From contig JALWDW010000005.1 of the NCBI GenBank assembly GCA_027036675.1, positions 1 through 46,976 of the forward strand: 46,976 nt of DNA. The letters run 5' to 3'. Source of the DNA: Candidatus Dojkabacteria bacterium (GTDB taxonomy: Bacteria > Patescibacteriota > Dojkabacteria > SC72 > JAHDCA01). The notes below the pieces were generated by a model. The model was given only the letters and a program-made list of their open reading frames with translations, ran no database searches and was not told the origin of the DNA. Within the stretch, counting starts at the first letter, position 1; each line of letters starts with the position of its first letter. The translations under genes were made by a program, and so were the position numbers. Shown here in pieces: positions 45,193 to 46,976 of this stretch.

Positions 45193-46947
45193 TTATACCG
45201 AGTGCATCAACCGTTGGGCCAACCATTTTACCAACGGAGTCTCTACATCATAGTTTTCATAGAATTCAACCATTCCTTCGACATCTTGCCCATCGATCAT
45301 ATCCAACATTGCAATAAACTTGTCGGCCAAAGCATCCAATACTGCCCGGGTCTTGTCTCGATTGACATGCAATTTATCACCCTCAATGTACATGTAACCA
45401 GTTTCTTCATAGGTCTTGTACGTACCTTTTGCGCTGATAATATACGGTAACAGAGTCGAACTTTCATAATCGGCAAATCTGCGCAAATCTTGCAACGCAA
45501 AGCTGTATAATCTTTTGTCCGCTTCCTCGTCGGAGATCACACCGTTTTTCAGTAGGTAATTTAGCATGAATATCACTGTCAATTCCGCTCGAGTTTCTTC
45601 CAGTCGGGAACGATATCTGTCTTCCAGGCCCTCCAAATATTTCATGCCATATATGGCATGTCCAAATTCATGGACGGATACAAGGTTGACGATCGAGTCA
45701 ATAGCGTCCACATCCGCATCGGAGATAGGTACCGCCAAAACCTTATTCGCCAACATCTTTGCCTTGGCCTGCCTGCTGCGAGCCGACTCGGGGTTGAAAT
45801 ATATTTTGGTGCCGTATTCTCCTCGCACGTCTACTCTGTTTGGGATACTCTGCCCTGTGAAGGAAAAATAGAGGTCCACACCACTTTGGAAAGGAAGGTA
45901 ATATAGACCCGCACTGGAGTGCTCCAATGAAAACATACCTTTTTCCATAATTTCACCGTGTCTTTCATTTTTGTAGAAGTCCACCATATAGCCACGTAAT
46001 TTATTGATATCCTCGTTTTCTTCACGGTACCTATCGTCCAACAGTCTTATCGAAAAGGCCGGCATCACTTTTACACGCAACGGATCACCATAATCGTATT
46101 CCATTTCGTGTACGATTTCGACAGGATACGAGAATTTCATCCACTTGATATCCAACTCGCGCCATTCTTTTTCCAAGTCCTCAAATCTATCTACAGCCAA
46201 CGCCTTCCTATATTGCCTGAGGAATTCAAAATAGTCGTGTTGAACATCGGTCCTATCTGGTATAGCTTCCAATGCAACCATCAACTCATCAAATACTTCA
46301 TATATCGGCGTCAATTCTTCTGCAAATGCCTCGGCATACGGTATGCTTTTTATCTTATCTAGCGATCCGATGTTCTCCGTATCTTCGCCGTCCGGCAGTA
46401 TATTGACCGTATAATGGCTGAAGATCTGTTCGCGGTTTGGGTAATCGGTCAATTTATTCGGGGCAACTTGCAGGACATGCTTCAGAAGAACACTGGCCGA
46501 GCTGTTTTGCATTGCTCGGATCCACGCAAAGAAATATTTATCGTACAAATTTGACAAGACGGCAGAGTACTTCATCAAAGTTTTGTCAAATTCGGGCAAT
46601 TCGGTATCCGCATTATCCGTTTCCAGATAAGATACTATGCGCAATATGTCCTGAAATCTGCTCGCGACCGAGTATACTTCATAAAATTCCTCAGAATAGT
46701 CTTGAAACGCTGAGAAATCGTGATGCAGTACCGCGCGTTTCATCGCTTCAACTTTGTCTTCTCCATGTATTTCGCGGTCTTGCTTGAAAAACTCATCTTC
46801 CTGCCAGCTTTGTCGTATTTTTTTATCCAGTGCCTGCAATCTTTCTGTGTACGATGGGGCCGTATCCTTGCCGGCGTTCTGCGAGTACAAGTCCCGCGCT
46901 TTTTTTATCAGTGTCGGGTCGAAATATTTTTGTAAAAGGTCGGTCAT
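45193..46947 (-). CDS. CiaB-like / M49-fold HExxH zinc-binding protein
   Basis: IPYAEAF, DIKWMK..PVEIVHEMEY, FTGQSIPN..VRGEYGTKIY, VHEFGHAIY...LEETRAE; this motif order resembles Campylobacter CiaB and DPP-III-like peptidases (recognised from memory). Confidence 0.65.
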   Translation of the reverse strand: MTDLLQKYFDPTLIKKARDLYSQNAGKDTAPSYTERLQALDKKIRQSWQEDEFFKQDREIHGEDKVEAMKRAVLHHDFSAFQDYSEEFYEVYSVASRFQDILRIVSYLETDNADTELPEFDKTLMKYSAVLSNLYDKYFFAWIRAMQNSSASVLLKHVLQVAPNKLTDYPNREQIFSHYTVNILPDGEDTENIGSLDKIKSIPYAEAFAEELTPIYEVFDELMVALEAIPDRTDVQHDYFEFLRQYRKALAVDRFEDLEKEWRELDIKWMKFSYPVEIVHEMEYDYGDPLRVKVMPAFSIRLLDDRYREENEDINKLRGYMVDFYKNERHGEIMEKGMFSLEHSSAGLYYLPFQSGVDLYFSFTGQSIPNRVDVRGEYGTKIYFNPESARSRQAKAKMLANKVLAVPISDADVDAIDSIVNLVSVHEFGHAIYGMKYLEGLEDRYRSRLEETRAELTVIFMLNYLLKNGVISDEEADKRLYSFALQDLRRFADYESSTLLPYIISAKGTYKTYEETGYMYIEGDKLHVNRDKTRAVLDALADKFIAMLDMIDGQDVEGMVEFYENYDVETPLVKWLAQRLMHSV

Positions 46948-46976
46948 TTGAACAATGTTTATAATTTATGTACGGG

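Noticed and set aside
1..46976. Alternative genetic code (UGA=Gly, as in Gracilibacteria/SR1)
   Set aside because: Conserved genes such as tyrS, truB, rsmH and murG end at TGA at their expected C-termini, and no ORF is broken by TGA.

Overview
A 47-kb chromosomal segment of a bacterium using the standard code (TGA is used as a stop). Its gene content (archaeal/eukaryote-type TyrRS, form II/III RuBisCO, scattered dcw/mur genes, VKOR-DsbA) points, by inference, to a CPR/Patescibacteria genome, plausibly Dojkabacteria (WS6)-like. Most genes are housekeeping: tyrS, tRNA-Lys, recO, secA, truB, tatD, mraZ-rsmH-ftsL-ftsI, murA/B/E/G, mpl/murC, mraY, ftsW, tmk, pgeF, rsmI, trmB and a Clp ATPase. The most interesting signals are: (1) a 58-aa LysW-like zinc-ribbon carrier gene missed by the ORF track, divergent from a PLP enzyme / ATP-grasp ligase / cytoplasmic NlpC-P60 trio that runs directly into mraY-murE-mpl, a candidate undescribed peptidoglycan amino-acid tailoring or salvage system; (2) a dispersed ~40-90 bp palindromic repeat family (6-7 copies), with one copy in frame inside murE and two inverted copies bracketing a 1.07-kb non-coding element that carries GC-rich ~100-bp tandem repeats; (3) a -10 box 5-7 nt upstream of the start codon in at least nine genes, implying widespread leaderless mRNAs; (4) a form II/III RuBisCO with an enlarged assembly-domain insertion and a His/Asp tail; (5) a CiaB-like HExxH protein, a ClpG-like ATPase without the N1 domain, and a 1068-aa secreted M23 peptidase. 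All family assignments come from motif recognition by eye; no database searches were run.
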